A DNA stretch of 64,000 nucleotides from the human T2T-CHM13v2.0 reference genome, Homo sapiens, in the NCBI RefSeq assembly GCF_009914755.1, contig NC_060945.1. One strand, 5' to 3'. The position numbers and the translations under genes are program-made. Position 1 is the stretch's first letter; each line of letters starts with the position of its first letter. The notes under the pieces were generated by a model. That model saw nothing but the letters and a program-made list of their open reading frames with translations. It made no database searches and had not been told where the DNA came from. Of the stretch, positions 15,000 to 28,585 are shown one piece after another.

Positions 15000-16122
15000 C
15001 TAGAAAATGACATGCAATCATGCAACGGAGACTGTTCTGTCGACAGAGTATTGTTTATTGCCATTTAGTTAAACTCGTTTCAACTCCAAAACATACCCAG
15101 TGGCCACCTTCCTAAAGGTTACACTCCTGACTTCCCATTTGTCACTCATCTTCCTGTGGTGGATTATACCATTTTCCCTTTGTGGGTGTGTGTGGCTTGG
15201 AAGCATAATTTTCCCAGGAGCATTTTAAATTTATTTAGAATGCAATTGTCCTTTCCAGCTTTCAGCAAACACCTCCCATCTTTAACAAATCAAGCCTGCA
15301 ACTGTAAAACTTGGTAAACAAAAAGTTGGTTGAAGTTTCCAAAAGTGTTCGATGAAATAGATCACACCTGCTCACTTACAAAGCCGATAGAATATGGAGA
15401 TTTGTCTAGGCTATAAACTTCTGTAAGCCTTTTATTAAGTATTTATATATAACATACCCTTAACCAGCTAATTAATTGGGTTGCTTTATATAATCTTTCA
15501 GTTCATGCCATATAAACTATTTGTAAATGGCTCATGCTCATTACATTTTCTTGCTAATATATTTGAATGTTAACTTGGAAAATCCTACTTGATTTTTTAA
15601 AAAGACCATAGAATTTTTAGAAATTAAGATCATAAAAGCAGAAACAGAATTTAAAAAAAAATTCCCTATTGGTTATTGCAACAAAACATATACGTCCAAC
15701 TAACTTGATGGAGAATGTTTGATTTACCACAGGTGTGGATGTACTGATCTGCACTGTTTCCTAATAGACATGCTTTACTAGGACAAGGAAAGCCGCTGTG
15801 TAAAAGGCTCCCTCTTATGTTCCCTAATGTTAGCAGGTGCTCACTACGCTGCACCTTGGCTCTCACTCAAGAACTTCCATCATACGGAAAAATTGAGTTT
15901 TTTTTTTTGTTGTTTTTTTTTTTTAGTATGCAGTTCTGTACCTTCAGGATTTGTCAGCTTTAGGTAATCAGTAGGGAATATTAAGTTTCATGAGTATTCA
16001 GATGAAAATTGTGATAAGCTCTGTGCAAGATTCAGCATGTATTCCAGCTACTGTCAAAGTCACATTTTTCTTTTTCTTGTTTTATTTATGTAGCTATTTT
16101 TTTTTTTACCAGAAGTTACATT

Positions 16123-16148
16123 TGTGTGTGTGTGTGTGTGTGTGTGTG
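16123..16148. repeat. (TG)n microsatellite
   Basis: Direct reading, about 13 units. Confidence 0.92.
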
Positions 16149-16306
16149 GCTCAGATGAGGAAAGGTTTCTCTACCACCATAGTTAGGTTTGATTCTGATG
16201 TACAATAAATTTATAATGATATTGAACTTCAGAGTTAAATGTGTAGGAGTAGTAGAATGGGAGGGTGGTTGCTGTAGAACCTTATCAAGATTTAGTGCTC
16301 ATTATC

Positions 16307-16676
16307 TGATATGGCTTGGCTCTGTGTCCCCACTCAAATCTTATCCCGAATTGTAATCCCCATGTGTCGGGGGGGAACTTGGTGGGAGGTGATTGGATCA
16401 TGAGGGCGGATATCCCCCAGGCTGTTCTTGTGGTAGTGAGTGAATTCTCATGAGATCTGATGGTTTAAAAAAGTGTGGCACTTCCCCCCTTGCTCTCTCT
16501 CTCTCTTCTGCCAACATGTATGACATTTCTTCCTTCCTGTTTACCTTCTGCCATGATTGTAAATTTCCTGAGGCCTCCCCAGCCATGTGGAAATATGAGT
16601 CAATTAAACCTCTTTTCGTTATAAATTACTCAGTCTCAGGTAGTTCCTTATAGCTGTGTGAAAATGGACTAACACA
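16307..16676 (+). mobile_element. MST/THE1-family MaLR solo LTR (MSTA-like)
   Basis: TGATATGGCTTGGCTCTGTGTCCCCACTCAAATC...ccatgattgtaaatttcctgaggcctccccagcc...aaaatggactaacaCA. Confidence 0.9.
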
Positions 16677-17529
16677 TGAATCTTTTCTCTTTTTACACAA
16701 AGATTGAATTGCTAGAATAGTACGCTTCCTGGATTCTTGCTCCTTTTCAAATCAGTCAACTGAAGTCCCTCAGGTACTTATAATCACCTGCTTGTCTTCT
16801 CACTTCCACAGCCACGTCATGAACTACTGAGGAGCATTAAAAATGAAACAAAATATAGAACGTGGGTTCGTATATTTGTTATTTGTAATATGTGTTAATC
16901 TTTGAAATAATCCTATGATGTAACCATTATTACTATTATTATTTAAATGAGGAATTCAGGGCCCAGAGTAGTTAAGTAACTTACAAAGATAGTTAAGAAG
17001 AATCCTGGATTAAAATTGCTGTTTGTGAATCCAACACTTAATCTTTTGACGTCACCATCCTGCCTTATAAATACAAATTGTTGGTGCTGAGGGAACAGAT
17101 ATGGCTTAGGACTTGTTGATGAGATGGGGAAAAAATAGAGACTCCAGGCTGCCTGAGTTTCTCTCCTGTTTTCTGTTACCACCCACCTGCTTTGCAATCA
17201 CATAGATTTTTTTTTTTCATGACCATGACCACAAGGGACAGTTTAATGTGGTCTCTAAATAACATTGGGAAAACATTTAAAAAGTGCATTTTGTGTGCTT
17301 CAATGAACTGCTCTCTTTTTCTGTGTTGAATAGAATGTCACATCTTTCTATCATGATGACTTACATATTTATAGGATTTAAAGTTGACATATATTTTCTC
17401 ACTTCTTTCATTTATTTTTATGGGAAAACATTTGCTGGATGCTCATTAGATGCCAAGCTTCATGCTAAGCCCTGGGGATGCAAGACAACACAACCTGCTT
17501 CAAAGTCCTCACAGCCTGTAGGATAATTT

Positions 17530-17710
17530 TGTCCTGTCAACTCTCTTGAGGTAGATGAGGCATCAATTACCACTTAATTTTACAGATTATGAGCTAAGAC
17601 TGCTGGAGGCTGGAGTAACTTGCTCAAGGTTATATAGCTAATAAGTGGCAGAACCCGGGATTAAGGCCAAATCCACCTTCTGATACCAAATTTAGGGCTC
17701 TTTCCTCCAA
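17530..17710 (-). mobile_element. MIR SINE
   Basis: attttacagattatgag...agtaacttgctcaaggttatatagctaataagtggcagaacccgggatt. Confidence 0.75.
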
Positions 17711-18559
17711 ATCAGTGGCCCCTCCCAACTTTAGGATTTCTTGTCAACTGGCTGAATGAAAAACTAATTAACTGACTAATTAACTATATTAATACATAGC
17801 TATATAAGTAACAGAGAAAGAACATTTCTAGACCAGCACACAATATTAAATCCTTATTTGGCACACTAGGCCGTTAATAAACACACACCCCCAAATATGA
17901 CCATCAACTTTTACAGTTGTTTCATAAAAGAAGGTATATTTTAATACCAATAGAGGAAATAGGAGAACAATTCAGTCCAAAAGACTAGTTTCTAATTGGA
18001 ATAAATTTATCTTTTACAAAAAGCTTACTGTTAAACTCCTATTTTTCTCCTTTTGCCAGTATATAGGTAAACTGGCTTCAGAAAGGGGGAGGATCAGCAG
18101 ATTTAAAGATTAGGGATGGAAACTGGGGGAAGAACAAAGAACAGGGAGGGAGTGAGTTTTTTATTTCTCTTCCTGAAGCAATTGTTTGCTTAAGAAAAGC
18201 CTTTCTGCCTTCATTAGCAAATGATGGAGAATTTACAATTCAAAAAGCACAGTAGACAAAATTTAGAGGAAGCTTTCCCTTATATTTGCATTTTGCAGCA
18301 ATCCATCAGTCATTTCTTTGTAATGAGTAGTTAAAAGTCGTTTGCTAAACATATAATTGCTTCAGAAAAAGGACATTGATTTAGGCACAACACCTAGCTT
18401 TGCTAATCCTCTCTCGTGTGGATGCCAGCCCTGATGGAGTGACCCAACCCTGCCAGAACCCCAGTTGCAGTGAATGGTGAAGGTGCATGTAATGCTGATA
18501 ACGTGAATTTTTTTCTAGCCCACTGAGATGGAGAGAATTTAAAAATAAAACGTAGGCAA

Positions 18560-19120
18560 GAGAGAACCAGACAAACCCAATAGAGGGACATTCAACAATA
18601 AAACTGACCTGGACTCTTTAAAAATGTCAATGTCATATATGGCAAAAGAAGGCTGAATTGTCTGAATCAAAGGAGATGAAAGGGATTTGACAACTGAATG
18701 CCATGAGTGATCCTGGGACAACTAGCAAACATATATTATTATTTTGCCAATAATAATATTAGCAAATATATATTTCTATATGTTTAGATAACATTATTAC
18801 GTTATTGCTAAGTTTCCTGTACTTGATAATCTTAGTGTGGTTATAACGAGAAAGGTCCTTCCTAGGAAATTCATGCTAATGTACTTATGGGGAAAAAGGT
18901 CAAGATATCTGCAGCTTACTTTCAAATGGTTCAACAGTGCTACTACTTAGTATAATTTTTATTGTTGTAGGTGTTTCTGTATTAAGAGAATGATAGAGCA
19001 TTACAGCAAATGAGGCCAAATGATAATAAATGATGAATCTAGGTGAAGGGTGTACAGGAGTTTATTGTACATGTCCTGCAACTTTTCTCTAAGTTCAAAT
19101 CTTTCTAAATAAAAAGACAA
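18560..19120 (+). mobile_element. Old L1 (L1MC/L1ME-type) 3' end
   Basis: agacaaacccaatagagggacattc...ctttaaaaatgtcaatgtcat...gaatctaggtgaagggtgtacaggagtttattgtac...gcaacttttct. Confidence 0.75.
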
Positions 19121-19664
19121 AACATACAGATATAAAATCATATCATAAAAGCTTCTTCCACTTCTATCCCCAAGAATGAAATTGGAAATGCAACTTTGGT
19201 TGAATAAACGCTTTACAGAAAGAAGGCTGTTTTTTTTCACATGAATTTGAGCTAAGCTCTGCATATAGATACAACTTTCAAAAATATCCAAATGGCCAAT
19301 TCTAAACACTTGCTTTGGCCGCCTGTCTACTCGGTGCACTCAGATGTGACACAGAAAAAAATGCTGATTTGCATGCACATTGGGTAACTCAGGCAACAGG
19401 TGGAGCATATGGAGGAGGAAAAAAAAAAAACCTCTGCTATTTCCAGTGAGCATTGAAGATTTCCTATGCCTTCCTTTTAAGTAATAACAAACTTTGCTAT
19501 TTAGATTGCCCCTTTTTATGAAGTCTGCTCCATGCCTTATAAATAGCGAAATAAACCTTAGAATATACCTCTGAGGTGAATAGGTGTCAGTGCTATTTTA
19601 CAGTGAGGAAAGGGAGGCATGGTGAGGTTAATTGTTTGGATCGGCCCTGAAAATGGGTCACAAA

Positions 19665-19805
19665 TAGCAGGAATTGGAAGAGACCTTCAGGTCAAACTCC
19701 TTTTGATGCATGAGTCCCCTCTACACAGCCACTGCTGAACACCTCTCAGTGTGAGAAATTCTCTACCTTACACCGCAGTCCAATCCATTGCCGGATAGCT
19801 TTAGC
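19665..19805 (-). mobile_element. CR1/L3 fragment
   Basis: ggaagagaccttcaggtcaaactcc...ctgaacacctctcagtgtgagaaattctctacct...ccattgccggatagct resembles an antisense L3 3' end. Confidence 0.5.
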
Positions 19806-21269
19806 TATCTTTAATGAGTCTCGGTTCAAAAGAAAAGTACCTAGGTTTTCTTGAGTCTTAATCCAATTTCCTGTTTGTTAAACCATCAGTGAGTTTGATG
19901 CCATAAGCATGAATGTTATAAACCACTGGGACCCAAAGATCAGGTTGCAAATTTTAAATGTTAATTTCTTCTCTATTTGAACTTGGAAATATGCAAAATG
20001 GCATTTCATAAACTTGTGGGTATATTAATGTACCCAAATCTAATACGATTCTTAAGGGGATCTGTGCATCCTCCAGAGCGGAGGAAAAATCAAAACTAAA
20101 AAATGAAAACGGGTATGTGAGCGAATTACCTGGGGAAACACAATGCTTTTAAAGTGCAGATCTTCATACATAGCGTTTTTCAGAAGTGCAACAGAGAAGG
20201 CAAGTGGGAGTCTTCCCAAAAGAAAAATTGTGTACCTTGGTTACAAAGGAGCTTATAGAAGAATCTAGTCTAAGTATTCAAGAAAGTGTATTGCACTCAG
20301 CTCCACCAGTATATGTTGGTGCTGAATTCTCGTTAAGTTTCAACAGTAGCTAAAAAGAATATGCCTGGCCTGGAATATCTAAATATTGGTTTCCTGGGCA
20401 TAGTTCTGAATATTTAAGTAAGGTTCTGGTCAAAGAACCGAGGTGGGAGATATGAAGGGTAGAAAAAAGTGAGTACAGAGAAAAAAAGAAACTGTAATTT
20501 ATCATTTTTTTTGATATTGAGTGTAAAGAATGTTCCATCGTTGGGTTATTTCAGTGGAATGGTGGGAGAGCACATAGCAGAAGAGTTTTAGCTATCACAA
20601 GTGGTCATAATGACACAGTGGGGTGAGTGGTGATGACAGAAGGTGAAAAGAGTCACTTATTTGGCACTGACTGTGTATAGCACATCTTGCATTTTAGCTT
20701 GACTACTCATGCCAAAGTGTTGATTTTCTTTGAGTCCAAACTTCAGGCTTCTGTCAAGATTCTTAGTTCTAGAAGAGTATATTATTTCTGTTTTCTATGG
20801 GAAAATGAAAGGAACTATGACAGATAGAGTTTTTAAAAACTAAGTCATTACTTAAATACAGCTATAAGAGCAGATATTTCACTTACTCACAGGCTGGTTG
20901 AGCACATTAAATGAGTTAATCATCTATTTAGGACAGTGCACATAGTCAGCACTCAAGAATTTAGTTATTGTTATTATTGCGATTTTCATTTCATGTATGT
21001 TTTCTCCCAGGGTTGATTGTTTTTTTCAATCACTGCCACTGTTAGGGATGCTATTCTCATTTCAAATTAATCCTTACAGTAAAGCTCGGAGACTATATTT
21101 GATGTGATGACTAACAACTAACTCTTCACTGCAGGCTGCATTTTAGAAATCTCATGGCTGTGATGTGTTGAGAAAAATGACTTAAGGTAAACAAAGATAA
21201 ACTTCTCAAGGTTGATGTGTTATAAATTCAGGGCTAGAGGCATCTGTCTGGTGCTCATTTCCTTGATGT

Positions 21270-21560
21270 ACTCATCCCGTCCTATCTATAGGCTGAGGCC
21301 ACTCAAATTTGTGTCTCCAGCCCAGATCCATTTTCTAGACTCTAGACTCAGGTATTAACTGCCTGTTCTTACCCTTATTCAGATGTCTAATAGATATCTG
21401 AAACTCAAACTTAACATATTAATGACTCAATTTCTGATATCATTCTTATTTCCTCAAACTAGTTCCACCTATAACCTGTTTCAGGTAATGACAACTCCAT
21501 CCTTTGGCTCAGGACAAAAAGATCAATCTTTTATTTCTCTCTTCTTTCTTTCCTAACCTC
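21270..21560 (+). mobile_element. L2 fragment
   Basis: ctcaaatttgtgtctccagcccaga...gatgtctaatagatatctgaaactcaaacttaacat. Confidence 0.7.
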
Positions 21561-22362
21561 TACTCCCTCAGGATATTATTAGCATTTTGAGTTAATTTTT
21601 GATTCTTTGATCTACAGGTATGAATTAAACCGTAACCTGCCTCACCAACACCATGGCATCAATATTTTCTCAGACTGGAACACGGTCTTCCTGTTTTTAT
21701 CCTCCATTTAAAAATAAACTTAACATATGGCATTTGTCTTGTGTCTAAGGAATACAAAGTGTTTTTCTTGACATTTGATTTAATTGAAACCCTGAGCCAA
21801 ACTTTGATATTTCAGAGGAGTTTGCCATAGGAGGGAATATGCTCGCTATCTTCCAAACAGGTTAATATCTTGAGGCAACCTGAGGTGTCCCAAGTTTCTT
21901 AGGTCATTGAGTTCCTTAAATCAAAATAAGTGTCATACAGACCCAAAGGTTGTGCTGGATACTCAAAAAGACATCTTAAAGTAGTAGTGAAACTAATAGA
22001 TAAAATGCATGCAGTTGAGAATATCCATGATGATTTTTGTACAGTTCCCTCAAAGACCCTACAATGTTTGAGCAATCATTCAAACATAGCCCAATGTCAC
22101 CACACAAATGGAGATAAAGGAAAGAGGACATGATCATATATAATAAAAACTTTCAAATGGGGAACACATTCAAATATCCTCTCAGATATTATGCCAGCTC
22201 TACATTAAAAATGTTTCCAGAACCTGAGCGTATCTTACTCTTCTACTGTATTGCCTCCATCTCTTCCCTGGGTTTCTATAGGAGCCATCTGGCAGGTTGC
22301 CATATTTCTACCTTTGCCTCTGTAGAGTGTACAGTGATTCTTTTACTCCTACTATTCTTCAA

Positions 22363-23093
<731 letters not shown>

Positions 23094-23879
23094 TTACTCT
23101 GATCTTATCCACCCTCTGCTCAAAACTCTTCCACGGCTTCCCATTCCAGGCAGAGCACAAGCTCTTCCAATGGTTTACAAAGTCTTGCATGACCTACAAG
23201 GCCCTCCTCTCTGACCGTCTCTTCTATCTCCCCTCCCCTCTTACTCTGATCCATCCACCCTGGCCTCCTTGCTGTTGCTCTGAGGTACCAGGCACACTCT
23301 CACCTGAGACATTAGCTGTTCTGTCTGACTAGAACCGCCTTCTCTCTCACAGAACGTGGTTCACTTCCTCAGCTCCTTGCAGCCTTTGCTCAAGCCTCAT
23401 CTGTGCAATGTGACATGACCTTTAATTCTGCAAACCACATTTCTGGCTTCCAGATTCCCTTCAATCTGCTCTACTTTTTCTTTCTTCCACAGACTCACCA
23501 CCGTTCAACAATTATAATCATTTTATATTGAATGAAAAAATGGTTTATTATTCCCATAGAACCTAAGCTCCTTGAAGTCAGTGGGTTCTATCTGTTTTAT
23601 TCACTAATGTATTCCATATGCTTAGAACAATGCCTGGTACCAATATTTATTGGCATATCCAATAAATATTTGTGGAATGACAGACTCTGACAGCATTAGT
23701 GAAGATGAAGAAACAGATGATCTACCAGGGTGGCATCACGATGGGACAGTGCAGTGGCAATTTGTGTTTTAGAAAAGCAATTTATCCAAAGTTGGGAGCA
23801 ACTTTAGGTGCCAGGGTAACCTCTTGGGTACTACAGGAATCCTTATATCAGGACCTGCCTATGACAGGGTTTTCCAAGC

Positions 23880-24200
23880 CTGGGCTTGAACTCTTCTGGG
23901 TCAGGGTGTTAAATATTTTGGAGAGAAATGCAATTCATCTCTTGAGAGATCTGGTGATTAAAAGTTCATTCTTTCAGTGATGCTAAAGTTGCTTCCCTCA
24001 ATCCTTCACCCACTTTGTCCATGAAAGCCCAGAGGACTAGCTAAAGCTTCTTCTATTCCATCACCCTTTAGACTCAGTGTTCAGTAGCCATTAACTTCTA
24101 TGTCCTTATGTTTTTCTTTTGCAGCCTAAACATTTTAGTTCTTTTAGACTTACTCATGTATTCTGTACATGAATGTTCTCAATATCCACATATTTATAAT
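23880..24200 (-). mobile_element. CR1/L3 fragment
   Basis: ttttcttttgcagcctaaacattttagttctttt and adjacent sequence resemble antisense L3. Confidence 0.45.
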
Positions 24201-24371
24201 GAAGTAAGGGCTGGCGTCGTTGTGAATTTTGGGAGGCGGGCCTATCCATAGGTAAATTTTAGAACAGGAAAGTTCCTATTTGAAGCACCCTGTTTTCTTT
24301 TGCTTACATTTTTTTTGGTCTAAATATTTAGCTTAATGGTGTCTATAATAAGAATTCAAGGTATTATCCTT

Positions 24372-25620
24372 CTCCCTACTCAATAAATAATGCTGAGATA
24401 ACTTGCTAGCCATATGTAGAAGAATAAAACAGGACCCCTGTCTTTCACTATATACAAACATTAACTCAAGATGAATTAAAGATTTAAGTGTAAGACCTCA
24501 AACTACAAAAATTTTGGAAGAAAACCTAAGGAATACCAGTCTGTACATTGTTTTTGGTAAAGAAGTCATGACTAAGTTCTCAAGAGAAATTGCAACAAAA
24601 ACAAACATTGACAAGTGGGACCCAATTAAACTAAAGAGCTTCTGCACAGCAAGAGAAATTATCAACAGAGTAAACAGACAACCCACAGAATGGGAGAAAA
24701 TGTGTGCAAACTATGCATCCAACAAATGTCTCATATTCAGAATCTATAAAGAACTTACATCAACAAACAAAAAAAAAACCAAATAACCCCATTAAAAAGT
24801 GGGCAAAAGACGTGAACAGACACTTCTCAAAAGAAGACACGCAAGTGGCCAACGAGCATATGAAAAAATGCTCATCATGACAGATCATCAGAGAAATGCA
24901 GATGAAAACTACAAGACACCATCTCACACCAGTCACAATGGCTATTATTAAAAAGTCAAAAGACACAGATGTTGGTGAGGCTGTGGTGAAAAGGGAACAC
25001 TTATACACTGTTGGTGGGAGTTTAAATTAGTTCAGCCACTGTGGGAAGCAGTTTGGAGATTTCTCAAAGAACCTAAAACAGGACTGCCATTTGGCCCAGG
25101 AATCCCATTACTGGGTATATATCCAAAAGAAAATCATTCTTCCGAAAAACCCACACACTCATATGTTCATTACAGCACTATTCACAATAGCAAAGGCATG
25201 GAATCAACCTAGATGCCCATCAGTGGTGGATTGGATAAAGAAAATATGGTACATACACACCACAGAATACTATGCAGCTATAAAAAAGAATAAGCTCATG
25301 TCCTTTGCAGCAACATGGTTGCAGCTGGAGGCCGTTATCCTAAGTGAATTAACACAGGAACAGAAAACCAAATACCCATGATCTTACTTATAAGTGAAAG
25401 CTAAACATTGGGTACACGTGGACATAAAGATGGGAAGAACAGACACTGGCGACTACTAGAGGAGGGAGGCAAGGGCTGAAAAAGTACCTATTGGTACCTG
25501 TGCTCACTCACTGCATGGGTGACAGGATCATTCATACTCCAAACCTCAACATCATGCAATATACCCATGCAACGACCTTCATATGTACCCTTTAATCTAA
25601 ACCAAAAGTTGAAATTATTA
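24372..25620 (+). mobile_element. 5'-truncated L1 (L1PB/late L1PA-like): ORF2 C-terminus remnant plus 3' UTR
   Basis: ORF track gives ORF2-like peptides ([31 protein letters not shown]; MFITALFTIAKAWNQPRCPSVVDWIKKIWYIHTTEYYAAIKKN) broken by stops and frameshifts; degenerate TSD tattatcctt / tattgtcctt. Confidence 0.92.
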
Positions 25621-25719
25621 AATATTGTCCTTTAGCTATTTACATATGCAAAGCCTCCATGATATGAAATACTTAATGATGGGGTTCAGCACAGTGCTAC
25701 CAGGAAATAGTTATTTTGT

Positions 25720-26070
25720 CAGGGCCTTTGCACTGGCTGTTCCCTCTGCCTGATGTCTGAAATGCTCTCCCCCAGGTATCTACATGATTTGTTTTTTATC
25801 CTCTTTAAATTTTTACTCAAACGTTATTTTCTAGAGCACTTCCCTGGTATCCTTACATAAAACTGTATACCTCATCTCTACTGTCGGTCTCCCGAATACT
25901 GTTTGATGCTTTATTTTCCTTCATAACATTTTCTACTGTCTATCTACTAAATATTTACTATATATTTTGTTCATTAGAGAAACAGACTGTGGATTCCATG
26001 AAGTCAGATATTTTTGTGTGTGGTTTATCCCCATTACTTAGGATAATGTCTGGCAGTAAATGTCTATGAA
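25720..26070 (+). mobile_element. L2 3' fragment
   Basis: cagggcctttgcactggctgttccctctgcctg...gactgtggattccatgaagtcagatatttttg. Confidence 0.75.
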
Positions 26071-26079
26071 ACAAGGGAA

Positions 26080-26088
26080 TCTATCATC

Positions 26089-26130
<42 letters not shown>

Positions 26131-26280
26131 ATCTATCTACCGTTTATCATATATCTATTTAGCTGTCAACTATATTCACTATTTATCAACTATCTATCTA
26201 ATTGATCATCTACCTATCATCTATCTAATCTATCATCTACTTATTTATATATCTATCTAATCTATCATTTACCTATCAGC
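26080..26280. repeat. (TCTA)10 core (26089-26128) plus degenerate TATC array
   Basis: Direct reading; the array resumes at about 26674-26895 after the MADE1/Alu insertion. Confidence 0.93.
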
Positions 26281-26282
26281 TA

Positions 26283-26673
<391 letters not shown>

Positions 26674-27517
26674 TATCTACCTATCATGATCTATTTTCTA
26701 TCATGTATCTGTCCTCTATTAATCATTCATCATTTATCTACCTATTGTCTATCATCTACCTATCATCTGTCTATTAATATCTATCATCTACCTATCATGA
26801 TCTATTATCTATCTATTATGTATGTATCTATTTATCTATCTACCTACCTGTTTATCTCCTTGTCTGTCTGCCTGCCTGCCTGCCTATCTAATATCTAAAA
26901 TAATATACACTAAGACACTATCTGTGATAGGTTTTCTGGATATTTTTGTTTATGTCCTTACACTTTTCTTCATTTTAACATTTTCTAAACAAAGCAATCT
27001 TTTTTAAAAAACTATATAAAAATAAAACTTTCAAACAACGTATTGCAGAAGCCATTTAGATCTCAGGAAAAGGCAGCCATAGTACAGAGTATGCAAATAT
27101 GTGCTGTCTTGACTATTTTCCCCAATATTTCAGAAAATATCACCTGAACCAAATGAATATAAACTTTGGGCCAGTTTAGTTAAGGACAAGTTAAAGTAGA
27201 GAAGAGAGACAGGCAAAACTATAAAGTAGGTTTTTCTTAATCATTCACAAAATAAAAGCTAAGCAGAATAGGAGTTTTTTTTGTTTTTTTTTAATGTTTT
27301 GCCACTGAAATTTGAATTAGCACTTGCTTATTTGCTCTCTATGCTGACTGCGTAGGTAATCGCCTAACCAAGCATAAGAAAACACTTTGAAATCCCACTC
27401 TCTGTGGCATGCAATATTCAATGCTTTTGTTGTCTTTTAAGAGAGCCAAACCTAAAATGTGCTATGATTAGTTTAAAGTAAGAAACAGCATTTTAAGTCA
27501 TTATTAGCCATTAACAC

Positions 27518-28131
27518 TGTTGGGGCTCAGAACATGACACCCCAAAATATGGCACCTTGGCATGCTGACTACTTTGAACTGAAAAAGACTGGAAAGTTCT
27601 CAGAAACAAGGTCTTTCTGACTTTCTCCTGACCCCCGGTATCCTACCCCTCTTAATCCACTGACGTGAGTCATAGAAAGTAGAATTTCACTTCCCTAAGT
27701 GGAGCATAGAAGCTAGAACTCCTCTCCCCAAAAGCAAGATATAAAATCTAGAAAGATTCTCTTTTCCCTTGAAGACTCTTATTTCATAGGGGCCCTGACC
27801 CATGCTCAGGAGGAAGGAACACTGCACAGAGAGGCTAAGAAGAATCCGAACACACAGGCCTTGCTGGGCTTTCCCCCTCAGCCTATTACCACTGATTCTA
27901 CCCTTTTGTCCAATCACATTTCCACATGTTGTTCATTCTTCATGGAATCTAAGCATAGAAATAGACAGTTTTCCCTAGGTCTTTGGTCTTCATTTTTGAA
28001 GCCTCCTGAGTCATGTAAAACTTTGGTTAAACAAATTTGCTATGATTTTCTCTTGTTAACCTGTCTTTTGTTACAGGAATGTCAGTTGTGATTGTTATGA
28101 TGGGTGAGGAAAGGTATCTGTTCCCCCAACA
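27518..28131 (+). mobile_element. ERV1-class solo LTR (MER39-like)
   Basis: TGTTGGGGCTCAGAAC...CCCCAAAATATGGC start; ends ...tgggtgaggaaaggtatctgttcccccaACA. Confidence 0.75.
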
Positions 28132-28377
28132 CTTCTTTGAAAATTTGTTTATCCAATGAACCAGAATATCACCTGGCAAATCCCACAGAGATAATGAGAC
28201 AAAGGACTGACACGTATTGATGAGGAAGCCAGGAGGGCCAGTGAGGAGGAAAGAAGGGCATGAAAACCCAGAAACCAAAACGAAGGAGTTTTGGATGTGA
28301 GCTGAACCCACTTCATATGTGTACAAAATTACAATCTTAGTTTTTAGCTCAGTTGTCTTATCTTTTAAGGCTATAGC

Positions 28378-28585
28378 AGAGGTGAAATAGGGCCAAAAGG
28401 CCAAACCTAGCCCAGCATGTATTTTTGCAAATAAAGGTTTATTGGAACACACTGGGTCCATTCGTTTACATATTGTCCGTGTGCTTGCTTGCTACTTTGT
28501 CAGAGTGGAGTGGTTTTGACCAAGACCCCCATGGCCATAAAGCCTCAGCACTTGGCTCTTCACAGAAAAAGTTTGCTGATCCCTG
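28378..28585 (+). mobile_element. MER58A-like hAT-Charlie MITE
   Basis: ggccaaacctagccc...tttttgcaaataaaggtttattggaacac...cacagaaaaagtttgctgatccctg. Confidence 0.8.

Noticed and set aside
14623-15021. 132-aa ORF as a stand-alone gene (also 31516-31794 and 35690-35878)
   Set aside because: These are GRIK1 exons read through into intron; similarity to GluK1 stops exactly at the AG/GT sites.
24372-25620. Active L1
   Set aside because: Only about 1.25 kb of the 3' end, with stops and frameshifts in ORF2.
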